This document shows, one piece after another, positions 8,179 through 17,205 of a stretch of DNA of 28,636 nucleotides (its first letter is position 1; each line of letters starts with the position of its first letter). Location: NCBI GenBank assembly GCA_026417845.1, contig JAOACM010000001.1, positions 2,460-31,095 on the forward strand, in the 5' to 3' direction. The DNA is from Planctomycetota bacterium (GTDB lineage: Bacteria; Planctomycetota; SZUA-567; H5-PLA8; CALKMO01). Below the pieces are notes generated by a model, which saw only the letters and a list, made by a program, of their open reading frames with translations, had not been told where the DNA came from and searched no databases. A program made the position numbers and the translations under genes.

Positions 8179-10146
8179 TCAGAATCTGATTATGATCGTC
8201 CTGTGGCGACGCACATCCTCGACGGGCACCGTCAGGATGTTGCCGGCAAGGCGGAACTTTTCTTTCCGCTCAGGCCACTTTTCCTCCTTATCGTCTATCG
8301 AGATGGAAACCGCGCTCTTTGGCGGTTTGGGAACCTCGACCAAAATATCCGCCCTGGCCATCTTCGGCGGGTATTCGAGGTTTATCAGGTGGACGAGCCA
8401 TTCGCCAGTGTCGCGCCGTTCCGCGAAGTGCGCATATATCTTGCTGTGAGTATCCACTTTGAAGCCGAGGCCGCCAGGGACCAGCCACTCCATTACCGAG
8501 TCTATGGCCGTGGCGTTTCCGGGCAGCATGAACCAGTCGAAGCCTATCATCCAGTTTTCCGGTGTGCGGGGGAGCTTATCCACTTCCATCTGACGTATCC
8601 ATGCCGCCCGCCCTTTGCCGACCTTGCGCCTGATTATCGTCTGGTCGGAACCGAGCGGATCGGGACCTATCAGCTCGTGGAAGGCATTCAGGGGCTTCTG
8701 CGCTTCCTCATAATCTTTCATGTTTCTGATGCATGCAACTTTTCGTCTCCGGATACGATAGTATCTGTCGTAGACGCCGGACGCCCCCGTCAGAAGCACC
8801 GAACCGCCGTTTTTGGCGAAACTTACGATCGAATCCCTGACATCATCCGGCATTACTTCGGCACCGGCCACGATAAGCACCTTGTAGCGCGGATCGAGGG
8901 CGTTCAGCTGACCGTTGTGCACGATGTCGAATGGTATCCGGCGCTCTATCAGATACTGCTCTATCGCCAGTGTTTCCTCGTATGGGTCCCAGCGGTTGTA
9001 AGCCAGGCTGTGCCGTTCGCGCAGGACCGCCACGCGGGCGCGAGAAACGGCCCGCAGCTGATATTCCTTGTACTTCTTCCAGAAGCCGTACGGCGCCCTG
9101 GACATGGCGAGGTCTTCGCAGAAATCGTATTCTTCGCCCTCGGCCCAATGGGCGCAGCCGTAGGCTCGGGCCCATTTCTTCATACGGAAAGGTCCGACGA
9201 TCGCTCCCTTTGCGTTCAGTCGCGGGGCCCCGTTGCCTTCGTCGCAGACCAGCTCGAGTTTCGGAAACATCAGGCTGTAATCGTTCCCGCGCCAGAAGGC
9301 GACCGCGAAACCGTCGCCTTCGCAGGCGTTCATTTCAACGAAGCAATCCGGATTCTTCTTGTGAACGAAATCCGTCAGACGCTGGGCGGCGGAGCCGAGC
9401 ACGTGGCATTTGAAATCTATCCACGCCCAATGGTGAGGCGCCATCGCCCTCCAGAATTTTCCCGCCGGATTGTGCTGGTTGAACCACGGCACCGTCGCCT
9501 GGGAGAAATCGCGTATACCGAATATCTCCTCGCCGAGGTCTCCTCCATAGTTTTTCTGGAGATATTCGCGGAACAGGCGCGTGCACCGTTCGCAGTGGCA
9601 CGCCTCAGGCTCGGCCTGCATCCCTATGTTGTCGAAGTGTATGCCGTCGGCCCCCGCATCTATCGCGCGCGCCAGCACTTTCTCCATATACGACAGGTAC
9701 CCGTCGGAGGAGAAGCACGGGCGGCGGCGGAAACACTGGTACGTGACCTGACAGCTCGTGGGCTGGCCCATCTGCGTCCTGGCGATCCAGTCGGTCGCCT
9801 CCGGCTCCTCCAGGAGGAGCGTGTCGAACGTCAGCGATCCGAACGAGCAGTAGCAGACGGCCCTCATGCCGAGCTTATGGCACTCGGGGAAGAGCTTCGC
9901 GACCTGGTCCTGGCATTCCTTCTCGTGCTTCAGTCCATAGCCCTTCCACCAGTTGAACCAGACCTGGTTGACGCCCTTGTCGGCGAGGTGTTTCAGGAAA
10001 GTCTTTGAACGCTTGAAGTCGTAGATCAGCTTCTGGTTGTCTCCGACGAAGCCCCGCATCCGTTCGAAGTAGATCGGCTCCCACATCCCGAAGACCCGGA
10101 TGCCTTCCTCGAATATCCACTTCGCGCTCTTGGCGTGCGTATCCAT
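8179..10146 (-). CDS. Glycoside-hydrolase-like protein (TIM barrel plus GH42-type trimerisation/class I GATase-like domain), family unassigned
   Basis: LADKGVNQVWF, DGIHFDN, CHCERC (GH42-like Cys cluster), then RIPFDIVH...YKVLIVAGAEVMPD...FAKNGGSVLLTG. ATG 10146 has a GGGAGG SD; no signal peptide. Confidence 0.7.
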   Translation of the reverse strand: MDTHAKSAKWIFEEGIRVFGMWEPIYFERMRGFVGDNQKLIYDFKRSKTFLKHLADKGVNQVWFNWWKGYGLKHEKECQDQVAKLFPECHKLGMRAVCYCSFGSLTFDTLLLEEPEATDWIARTQMGQPTSCQVTYQCFRRRPCFSSDGYLSYMEKVLARAIDAGADGIHFDNIGMQAEPEACHCERCTRLFREYLQKNYGGDLGEEIFGIRDFSQATVPWFNQHNPAGKFWRAMAPHHWAWIDFKCHVLGSAAQRLTDFVHKKNPDCFVEMNACEGDGFAVAFWRGNDYSLMFPKLELVCDEGNGAPRLNAKGAIVGPFRMKKWARAYGCAHWAEGEEYDFCEDLAMSRAPYGFWKKYKEYQLRAVSRARVAVLRERHSLAYNRWDPYEETLAIEQYLIERRIPFDIVHNGQLNALDPRYKVLIVAGAEVMPDDVRDSIVSFAKNGGSVLLTGASGVYDRYYRIRRRKVACIRNMKDYEEAQKPLNAFHELIGPDPLGSDQTIIRRKVGKGRAAWIRQMEVDKLPRTPENWMIGFDWFMLPGNATAIDSVMEWLVPGGLGFKVDTHSKIYAHFAERRDTGEWLVHLINLEYPPKMARADILVEVPKPPKSAVSISIDDKEEKWPERKEKFRLAGNILTVPVEDVRRHRTIIIRF

Positions 10147-10389
10147 CTTTTCATCCCTCCCCGCCTCCGCGGCTCCCATCGTCCGTTCTTCCACCACTTC
10201 CCCGGCCGGCATCGCCCGGCGGACCTGCCCGTCTTCGGCGCGACGGCTGGCATCTCATGAAGCCGCGCCGCGGCGTCCGGCGCGACCTCGCGGCACCCGT
10301 AGCCGCCTCCCTGCGTCCGGCGCCCCACCACCCCGGCACCGGTGCCCGTCGCCGGTTCGGAGTCACCTGACTCGCCGTATCCCGCTGAG

Positions 10390-10419
10390 ATTATACGGCG
10401 CGCTATGCCGCCGTGTTAA
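10390..10419 (-). promoter_or_regulatory. Sigma70-type promoter upstream of the GH-like gene
   Basis: Minus strand TTAACA (10419-14), 18-nt spacer, TATAAT (10395-90). Confidence 0.65.
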
Positions 10420-10484
10420 GCGCCGGAAACGCTGCGGGCGGGCGGCTTGGCGGCGGGTGCGCGGGATTCAGGGGCGAGGGGCAG

Positions 10485-10538
10485 GGGCGGGCTATCCCCG
10501 CCCATCCGCTCCGGATGGGCGGGACCCAACCCACCCAT
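10485..10538. repeat. Cluster of overlapping GC palindromes
   Basis: CCCGCCCATCCG 10497-508 / CGGATGGGCGGG 10512-23 forms a perfect 12-bp stem. It is flanked by alternative partners GGGCGGG 10485-91 and CCCACCCAT 10530-38. Confidence 0.5.
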
Positions 10539-10815
10539 GCAAAAGCACGCCCCCTAAAACGGCGGGGGATCGGCCCCTCCCACTCCTCACCCCAAAAACC
10601 GCCCCTCAACTCTCAAAAACGATCCTTTTTCGCTTAAGATTCCCCCGCGGTTTGCCGATCACAATGAACGGAGGAGTTTTGCAGCGGGGCCCCGGCCGTG
10701 TGTCACCGCCCGGGATTCGCGGGAGGGGCGGGGGTTAAGCCGGCTGCGGGGGCGCGGTGCCGGGGGGTGCTCGCGCAGGCCGCGACGCCGAGAGCGATGG
10801 GGAGGGGTTCAAATC

Positions 10816-11868
10816 ATGCTGCTGGATGCCGTTCTGGGAGCCTTGTCCAAGGACCTTGGGATAGATCTTGGCACCGCAAATACGCTCGTGACGGCCAGGG
10901 GCGAGGGGATCATATTGATGGAGCCTTCCGTGGTCGCCGTCAAGAAGGGCACCAACCAGGTGCTGATGAACGGCGAGGCCGTTGGAGAGAAGGCCAAGCA
11001 GATGCTGGGCAAGACGCACGGCAGCATCCAAGCGATCCGCCCCATGAAGGACGGCGTGATAGCCGACTTCGAGATAACTGAGGCGATGCTGTCGTATTTC
11101 ATCCGCAAGGCGCACGGCAGGTCGCGGTTCATCCGCCCGAGGGTCATAATAGCCGTCCCGTCGGGAATAACGACGGTGGAGAAGCGGGCCGTGATCAACT
11201 CTGCGGAAAGGGCGGGGGCGCGGGATGTCAGGTTGATCGAGGAGCCGATGGCGGCGGCGCTCGGCGTCGGCCTGCCGGTCTCCGAACCCCGCGGTTCGAT
11301 GATCGTGGACATAGGCGGCGGCACCTGCGAGGTGGCCGTCATAAGCCTGCTGGGGATAGTGTGCAGCAAGAGCGTAAGGACGGCGGGAGACGAGTTCGAC
11401 CAGGCGATAATCGAGCACATGAAGCACAGGTACAACCTGCAGATCGGCGAGGCAACGGCCGAGCGGATCAAGATCGAGATAGGATCGGCCTACCCCATGG
11501 AGGAAGAGAAGACGCTGGAGGTCAAGGGCCGCGACACGCTGGCCGGGCTGCCCAGGTCGGTGGTGGTGTCGAGCGAGGAGATACGCGAGGCGTTGAGGCC
11601 CGCGGTGGATGAGATAATCGGGGCGATACGCGAGGTGCTTGAGAAGTGCCCGCCGGAGCTGGCCAGCGACCTGATAGATAACGGGATCACCATGGCCGGC
11701 GGCGGTTCGCTGCTGCGCGGCATAGACAAGCTGGTCGCCCGCGAGACCGGATTGCCGGTCAAGCGTGCGGACGATCCTCTTACCGCGGTCGCGCGCGGCA
11801 CCGGCGTGGTCCTCGAACAGATAGACGAACTCTGGCCGGTCCTGGCCAATGGCAGGGATCTTGAATGA
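10816..11868 (+). CDS. mreB: Rod-shape-determining actin-like protein MreB
   Basis: DLGIDLGTANT, EPSVVA, RPMKDGVIADF, IAVPSGITTVEKRAV, EEPMAAALG, VDIGGGT, AGDEFD, TAERIK and AGGGSLLRG. Confidence 0.97.
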   Translation: MLLDAVLGALSKDLGIDLGTANTLVTARGEGIILMEPSVVAVKKGTNQVLMNGEAVGEKAKQMLGKTHGSIQAIRPMKDGVIADFEITEAMLSYFIRKAHGRSRFIRPRVIIAVPSGITTVEKRAVINSAERAGARDVRLIEEPMAAALGVGLPVSEPRGSMIVDIGGGTCEVAVISLLGIVCSKSVRTAGDEFDQAIIEHMKHRYNLQIGEATAERIKIEIGSAYPMEEEKTLEVKGRDTLAGLPRSVVVSSEEIREALRPAVDEIIGAIREVLEKCPPELASDLIDNGITMAGGGSLLRGIDKLVARETGLPVKRADDPLTAVARGTGVVLEQIDELWPVLANGRDLE

Positions 11869-12222
11869 CATAGGAGCCGGCCTTCGGTGTCGCCGGGGAT
11901 GCCGGGGGCGCATAACCGCGGTCCGCTCCGTGCGCGCCGTGTCCGTTTGACCGTCCGACCGGAGATCCGCATTACTCCTTCGAAAAGAGCGTTCGCGAAC
12001 CTTCACGGGCGGGAGAACCGCGGCGATGTCGGGAGTCCCCCTCCAAGACCCGGTCCCCGGGCGCAGGATTCTCCTGCAAGATGTCCGCCTGACGGGACCG
12101 AACTTACCCCCTGGCTCGCAAACGCAGGATCATCCGCGATCTCCTTTGCCGGATACTCCCTTGGCACCTCGGCCCCGGATCAGGAGTGGAACGGCCTTTC
12201 CTGCGAAAAGCGAAAAACACCG

Positions 12223-12250
12223 TTGACGCGGGAGATAGCGGCAATAGAAT
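12223..12250 (+). promoter_or_regulatory. Sigma70-type promoter for the rplD-initiated ribosomal protein cluster
   Basis: TTGACG (12223-28), 16-nt spacer, TAGAAT (12245-50), with A-rich GAAAAGCGAAAAAC immediately upstream. Confidence 0.7.
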
Positions 12251-12339
12251 GTCTGTTAACCCTACGTGGGTCGGATGTACCCCTTAAGGGCTCGCAGGCG
12301 GAAGAAACCGCGACTGAAAGCCTTGGGGCCATTGACGAC

Positions 12340-12449
12340 GCGGGGAGTAGAAGGTTCCGGGCCGGGGGCGTTCCGGCCGCTGCTTCCTGGGGGGAGAAGC
12401 AGGTGGCCCGCCCGAAGGAACGGCCGCAGCCTTCTACTCCTCGTTGTTT
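12340..12449 (+). promoter_or_regulatory. Long hairpin in the rplD 5' leader (candidate ribosomal leader/attenuator)
   Basis: CGGGGAGTAGAAGG 12341-54 pairs with CCTTCTACTCCTCG 12430-43. Inner stems: CGTTCC/GGAACG, GGCCG/TGGCC, CTGCTTC/GAAGCAG. The 3' arm continues into TTGTTTG. Confidence 0.55.
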
Positions 12450-12484
12450 GTCGAAAGGGATTGGAACTCTGAAGGGCGGACGAG

Positions 12485-13111
12485 ATGATCGAGCTTCCCG
12501 TATATAACGAATCCGGGCAGGAGGTCGGGAAGGTGCAGCTCGACGAAAAGCTGCTCGGGGAGAAGATCCGCCGGCGGCTGATGCATCAGGCGGTGGTGCA
12601 GGCCGAGGCCGACCGGCGCCAGGGCACGCACTCGACCAAAACCAAGGGCGAACGGGCCGGGTCCGGGAAGAAGCCTTGGAGGCAGAAGCACACCGGCCGC
12701 GCGCGGGCCGGAATGAAAAGGTCGCCCCTGTGGGTCAAGGGCGGCAGGATATTCGGGCCCAAGCCGCGGGACTATACGCAGAGGATGCCCGCCCGTTCCC
12801 GCCGGGAGGCGTTGAAAAGCGCCCTGCTTTCCAAGTTCCTCGACAAGGAAGTCAAGGTGATAGATGCCCTGGCGTTCGACCGTCCGAAGACGGCACGGTT
12901 GAACAGGACGCTCAAGGCGCTCGGCATGGAAGGGACCACGCTGGTGGCCGTCCGCGAGGCGACCGAGGCGCTGGTCAAGAGCGCGAGGAACATGGCAACC
13001 TGTCGGCTCCTGAGGGCGCGCGACATGAACGCCTACGATGTCCTCAGACACAAGAACCTCCTGTTCACCAGGGATGTGATAGAAAACTTCCGGGAGGTAA
13101 TCCACGCATGA
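12485..13111 (+). CDS. rplD: 50S ribosomal protein L4
   Basis: RQGTHSTKTKGE, GKKPWRQKHTGRARAG, SPLWVKGGRIFGPKPRDY and NAYDVLRH. Confidence 0.98.
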   Translation: MIELPVYNESGQEVGKVQLDEKLLGEKIRRRLMHQAVVQAEADRRQGTHSTKTKGERAGSGKKPWRQKHTGRARAGMKRSPLWVKGGRIFGPKPRDYTQRMPARSRREALKSALLSKFLDKEVKVIDALAFDRPKTARLNRTLKALGMEGTTLVAVREATEALVKSARNMATCRLLRARDMNAYDVLRHKNLLFTRDVIENFREVIHA

Positions 13112-13404
13112 TCTCGGATCCTTACGCCGTCATAAGGCGTCCCATAATGACGGAGAAGAGCCATTCGATCCGGAAGGATCGGAACCAGTATACGTTCGAG
13201 ATACACAGGAGCGCGACGAAGGACGATGTGAAGCGCGCCGTGGAAAAGCTGTTCAACGTGAAGGTTGCGGCGGTGCGCACGATGAACATCAAGCCCAGGA
13301 CGAAGGTCTTCCGCAGGCTCAGGGGCAAACCGGGCAAGACGCGCGGATGGAAGAAGGCGATCATTACGCTGGCGCCGGGTTCCCCCGGCATAGACGTGTT
13401 GTAG
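13108..13404 (+). CDS. rplW: 50S ribosomal protein L23
   Basis: RPIMTEKS, YTFEI, AVEKLFNVKV and GWKKAIITL; ATG overlaps the rplD stop (ATGA). Confidence 0.96.
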   Translation: MISDPYAVIRRPIMTEKSHSIRKDRNQYTFEIHRSATKDDVKRAVEKLFNVKVAAVRTMNIKPRTKVFRRLRGKPGKTRGWKKAIITLAPGSPGIDVL

Positions 13405-13435
13405 CGGGCGGGGCGCGGGGCGATGCCGGCCGGAG

Positions 13436-14092
13436 ATGTCGGGCATGGAGGCAGGATCCGAGCGGACGGAGAAGGGCGGGGGGACGCTTCCGAAGGAGAA
13501 GGCCGGAGGACCGGGGAGGGGAGCTGAGACCGGGGCGGAGGGTACGGAGGGAGAGAAGGAAGGCGGGGAACGCGTCGGATCCAGGCTGCGGGGATGGGTG
13601 GACTTGGCGGTACGGGCCGGATTCTGGGCCCTGGTAATCTACATGTTCGTCTTCCAGGTCTCCGTCGTCTACGGCATCTCGATGCTCCCGAACTTCGACA
13701 CGAACGACCGGCTGGTGGTGGACAAGATATCCTGCCGGGTGGGAGTAATTAACAGGTTCGACGTGGTGGTTTTCGAGGCGGTAGTTTGCGAGAAGGGGCA
13801 GTACCGGAGGAAGGATTTCATCAAGCGCGTGATAGGGCTGCCCGGGGAAAGGGTGGAGATAAAAGGGGGATGCATACTGATAAACGGCGAGCCTCTGAAC
13901 GAGGAGTACCGGACGCTGGGCCGGTGCGAAGACGGAGTCTGGGAGGTCCCCGAGGGCCGGTACTTTGTGCTGGGAGACAACCGTTCGGTAAGCAACGACA
14001 GCCGGAGATACATAGGATTGGTGGCGGACTCGCAGATCAAGGGAAAGGTGAGGTTGAGGTTCTGGCCCTGGGAGAAACGGAGCTGGTTTTAA
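13436..14092 (+). CDS. lepB: Signal peptidase I (S26 family)
   Basis: One TM helix, then catalytic Ser box GISMLPN, DRLVVDK, catalytic Lys box DFIKRVIGLPGE, YFVLGDNRSVSNDSR and IKGKVRLRFWP. Confidence 0.94.
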   Translation: MSGMEAGSERTEKGGGTLPKEKAGGPGRGAETGAEGTEGEKEGGERVGSRLRGWVDLAVRAGFWALVIYMFVFQVSVVYGISMLPNFDTNDRLVVDKISCRVGVINRFDVVVFEAVVCEKGQYRRKDFIKRVIGLPGERVEIKGGCILINGEPLNEEYRTLGRCEDGVWEVPEGRYFVLGDNRSVSNDSRRYIGLVADSQIKGKVRLRFWPWEKRSWF

Positions 14093-14298
14093 AGCCTGTC
14101 CGAAAACTTCCGGCGCGTGGCTTATACGCCAGCGATCCCCACTGCCCGGAATGGGAGTTTTTGGGCTCTCAGGCGCGCCGTTCGGAGGCGTTCCGCATGG
14201 AGGGGGTCTCCGATGCGGGGCGCGGATCGCGATGGGCTGGACAAAAGCATGAGGGCGCGACCGGATTGCGCGCGAAGGGCTGGCGCGGAGATTGAGAT

Positions 14299-15138
14299 AT
14301 GGGCATCAGGGAATACAAGCCGACGACTCCAGGTCGCAGGGCGGGAAACGTCCTGGACTTCGCCGAGATAACCAAGACGGAGCCCGAGAAGGGGCTCATC
14401 GAGATGCTCCACCGCACCGGCGGACGCAATTGCCATGGGCGGATCACGTGCCGCGGCATGGGCGGAGGCCACAAGCGCTATTACAGGAAAATAGACTTCA
14501 AGCGCGACAAGGATGGCGTGAAGGGAAAGGTCGAGGCGATCGAGTATGATCCCTACCGGTCTGCCTTCATAGCGCTGATAAAATACGAGGATGGGGAGAA
14601 GCGGTATATCCTCTGCCCGCTCGGCCTGAAGGTGGGCGACACGGTCGAGTCCGGCGAGCATGTGGACCCGGAGACCGGCAACTGCATGCCGCTCCAGAAC
14701 ATCCCCTTGGGTCTCGTGGTCCACAACATCGAGATGGAACCCGGAGGCGGCGGGAAACTGTGCCGGGCTGCCGGGTGCGAGGCCAGACTGCTTGCCAAAG
14801 AGGGGCGATACGCCCACATAGCTCTGCCGTCCGGCGAGATGCGGATGGTTAACATACGCTGCCGCGCGACCATAGGACAGGTAGGCAACCTGGATCATCA
14901 GAACGTTTCGCTGGGGAAGGCCGGCAGGAGCCGCTGGCTGGGGATCCGGCCGATATGTCGCGGGATAGCCAGAAACCCGGTGGATCATCCGATGGGCGGC
15001 GGTTCGGCGAAGGGGAAGGGACATATACCTCAATCGCCGACTGGGGTGCTCGCCAAGGGGGGGAAGACGCGGAGCCCCAGGGCGGGATCGAACAAATTCA
15101 TCCTCAGGCGGCGGAAGGGGAAGGAGACAACGGCGTAA
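14299..15138 (+). CDS. rplB: 50S ribosomal protein L2
   Basis: [49 protein letters not shown] and [10 protein letters not shown]. Confidence 0.98.
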   Translation: MGIREYKPTTPGRRAGNVLDFAEITKTEPEKGLIEMLHRTGGRNCHGRITCRGMGGGHKRYYRKIDFKRDKDGVKGKVEAIEYDPYRSAFIALIKYEDGEKRYILCPLGLKVGDTVESGEHVDPETGNCMPLQNIPLGLVVHNIEMEPGGGGKLCRAAGCEARLLAKEGRYAHIALPSGEMRMVNIRCRATIGQVGNLDHQNVSLGKAGRSRWLGIRPICRGIARNPVDHPMGGGSAKGKGHIPQSPTGVLAKGGKTRSPRAGSNKFILRRRKGKETTA

Positions 15139-15204
15139 ACGGCTGTTTGCGCGACGCGTTCATATCGGGCGGCAGAGGAGTATGAAGGAGGAGAGAGAGG
15201 AAAC

Positions 15205-15510
15205 ATGAGCCGTTCTCTGAAGAAGGGACCATACGTTGATGCGAAGCTGATAAAGAAGGTGGAGAAGCTTCGCGCAACAGGGAGCCGCGAACCGGTAAAG
15301 ACCTGGGCCAGGGCGTGCACGGTGGTCCCCGATTTCGTAGGGTATACCTTCATGGTGCACAATGGGAGGACGTTTACGAAGGTGTTCGTGACGGAGGACA
15401 TGGTGGGACACAAGCTGGGCGAATTCAGTCCGACGAGGATATTCCGGGGGCATTCGGGCGTGAAGTCCGCACAGCAACCAGCGGAAGGCGGCGGGCAGAA
15501 AGGCAAATAG
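15205..15510 (+). CDS. rpsS: 30S ribosomal protein S19
   Basis: [22 protein letters not shown] and [15 protein letters not shown]. Confidence 0.98.
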   Translation: MSRSLKKGPYVDAKLIKKVEKLRATGSREPVKTWARACTVVPDFVGYTFMVHNGRTFTKVFVTEDMVGHKLGEFSPTRIFRGHSGVKSAQQPAEGGGQKGK

Positions 15511-15568
15511 CGGATCAACCCGGCCTGGGGCAGTTGGGGTCTGAGGGAAGATTGACGGAGCAGGTGGA

Positions 15569-16000
15569 ATGGGTCAGGTAAGGCACGGCAAAGCCATAAG
15601 CTCAACGAGGCTGGTCCAGGGACACCCGAAGGCGACGAAGCTGTCCTATCCGGGTGGCTGCTACGGCGCAACGCTGCGCCATGTAAGGGAGAGCGCGCAG
15701 AAGGTCCGGCTCGTGGCCGACATGATCCGGAACAGGCCGGTTAACGAAGCCAAGACCATACTGGCTGCCTCGAAAAAACGGGCGGCATATTTTGTCGACC
15801 GGGTCCTCACCTCCGCGTTGGGAAACGCCGACGACAAAAGCGGCGGGAAGGCCAATCCGGACAACATGTACGTATCCCACGTGCGGGTGGATGAAGGAAC
15901 GAGGATGAAGCGGTGGAAGGCCGGGCCGATGGGCCGCGTGCGGCCGATATTGAGGAGGACGTGCCACATAACGGTGGAGATAAGCGGCGCCTCCCGCTGA
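15569..16000 (+). CDS. rplV: 50S ribosomal protein L22 (N-terminal extension; start uncertain)
   Basis: [23 protein letters not shown] and RRTCHITV; lies between rpsS and rpsC. Confidence 0.94.
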   Translation: MGQVRHGKAISSTRLVQGHPKATKLSYPGGCYGATLRHVRESAQKVRLVADMIRNRPVNEAKTILAASKKRAAYFVDRVLTSALGNADDKSGGKANPDNMYVSHVRVDEGTRMKRWKAGPMGRVRPILRRTCHITVEISGASR

Positions 16001-16145
16001 GCCGGCATCGGACATCCGGCGGCGTCGCAAGCGGCGAATTTTGAAGAGACAGCGAGGGAGTATTGCGGGGCGTCGCGATAGATGCCGTGCGCCGGCGAGG
16101 TGCCGGCGGAGAGGCGGGGGCGCATTCGCGGGGCGGAGGAAAAAA

Positions 16146-16811
16146 GTGGGTCAGAAGGTTCATCCTTACGGATTCCGGGTGGGCATAACGCTTCCATGGA
16201 CATCGCGCTGGTTCGCGCGGAAGAAGGAATACGGGGCGCTGCTGATAGAAGATCAGACGATAAAGAGACTGGTCAGGGCGCGGTTGCGCGGCGGGCTTTC
16301 GAAGGTGGAGATAGAGAGGGCGGGCAGTGAAGTCCGGGTCATACTGCACACCAGCCGTCCCGGCGTGGTCATAGGCCGTCGCGGGGCGGAGGTGGACCGT
16401 CTGAAGCAGGACATCGAGGCGCTCCTCGGCGGAGGCCGGCAGGTCGCGGTGAACATCCGCGAGATAACGAAGCCCGAGCTGGATGCGCAGCTCGTCGCCG
16501 AGAACGTGGCAGAGCAGATATTGAAGCGGACCAGCTACCGGAGGGCGATGAAGAAGGCAGTCGAGACGGCGATGGGCGCCGGGGCCATCGGCATCAAGGT
16601 GATATGTTCGGGGCGCCTGGCCGGGGCCGAGATAGCGCGCAGCGAGCAGTGCATGGAGGGTTCTCTGCCGCTCCATACCCTGACGGCCGATGTGGATTAT
16701 GGGTTTGCGGAAGCCAAGACGGGCTACGGAGTGATAGGCGTCAAGGTCTGGATCTACAAGGGGACGATACCCGAGGATCGGAAACATGCCGTTGCAGCCC
16801 AAGAGAGTTAA
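16146..16811 (+). CDS. rpsC: 30S ribosomal protein S3
   Basis: [53 protein letters not shown] and [10 protein letters not shown]; GGAGG SD before GTG 16146. Confidence 0.97.
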   Translation: MGQKVHPYGFRVGITLPWTSRWFARKKEYGALLIEDQTIKRLVRARLRGGLSKVEIERAGSEVRVILHTSRPGVVIGRRGAEVDRLKQDIEALLGGGRQVAVNIREITKPELDAQLVAENVAEQILKRTSYRRAMKKAVETAMGAGAIGIKVICSGRLAGAEIARSEQCMEGSLPLHTLTADVDYGFAEAKTGYGVIGVKVWIYKGTIPEDRKHAVAAQES

Positions 16812-17205
16812 GTACAGGAAGAACCAGCGGGGGATGATCCGCGGCGTGGCCACGCGGGGCAATTACGTCGCCTTCGGCGATTACGGCCTGATGGCGATGG
16901 AACCCGCCGTGGTTCCCGCGCGGGCGATCGAGGCGGCGCGCGTGGTGTGCAGCCGGTTTCTCGGTTCCGAGGGGAGATACTGGGTCAGAGTCTTTCCCCA
17001 TAAGGGATTCACGGCCACCGCCGCGGAGACGCGCATGGGGAAAGGCAAGGGAGACGTGGAGTACTGGGCGGCGATCGTCAAGCCCGGCACCATCCTGTTC
17101 GAGATAGGCGGGGTGTCCGAGGACATGGCGCGGGAGGCATTCAGGCGCCAGGCCGGCAAGCTGCCCGTGAAGGTCCGGATGGTGAAGCGGAGGGCGACGG
17201 TATGA
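16786..17205 (+). CDS. rplP: 50S ribosomal protein L16
   Basis: [32 protein letters not shown] and AGKLPVK. Confidence 0.98.
   Translation: MPLQPKRVKYRKNQRGMIRGVATRGNYVAFGDYGLMAMEPAVVPARAIEAARVVCSRFLGSEGRYWVRVFPHKGFTATAAETRMGKGKGDVEYWAAIVKPGTILFEIGGVSEDMAREAFRRQAGKLPVKVRMVKRRATV

Noticed and set aside
11490-11972. Minus-strand ORF with AAGGAG before its ATG
   Set aside because: SD spacing is only 2 nt, the ORF is mostly antisense to mreB, and the product has no motifs.
12340-12445. rplD leader hairpin as SRP (4.5S) RNA; minus strand contains AGGAAGCAGC
   Set aside because: The 5' half of helix 8 (CAGG...GNRA tetraloop) is absent and the motif is fully Watson-Crick paired. A cmscan would settle it.
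12665-12715. L4 loop QKHTG instead of QKGTG as a macrolide-resistance change
   Set aside because: QKHTG is a natural variant in some lineages, so it is not evidence of resistance by itself.
16041-16145. ORF-track N-terminal extension of S3
   Set aside because: The canonical (M)GQKV start at GTG 16146 has a GGAGG SD; the upstream sequence is hairpin-rich spacer.
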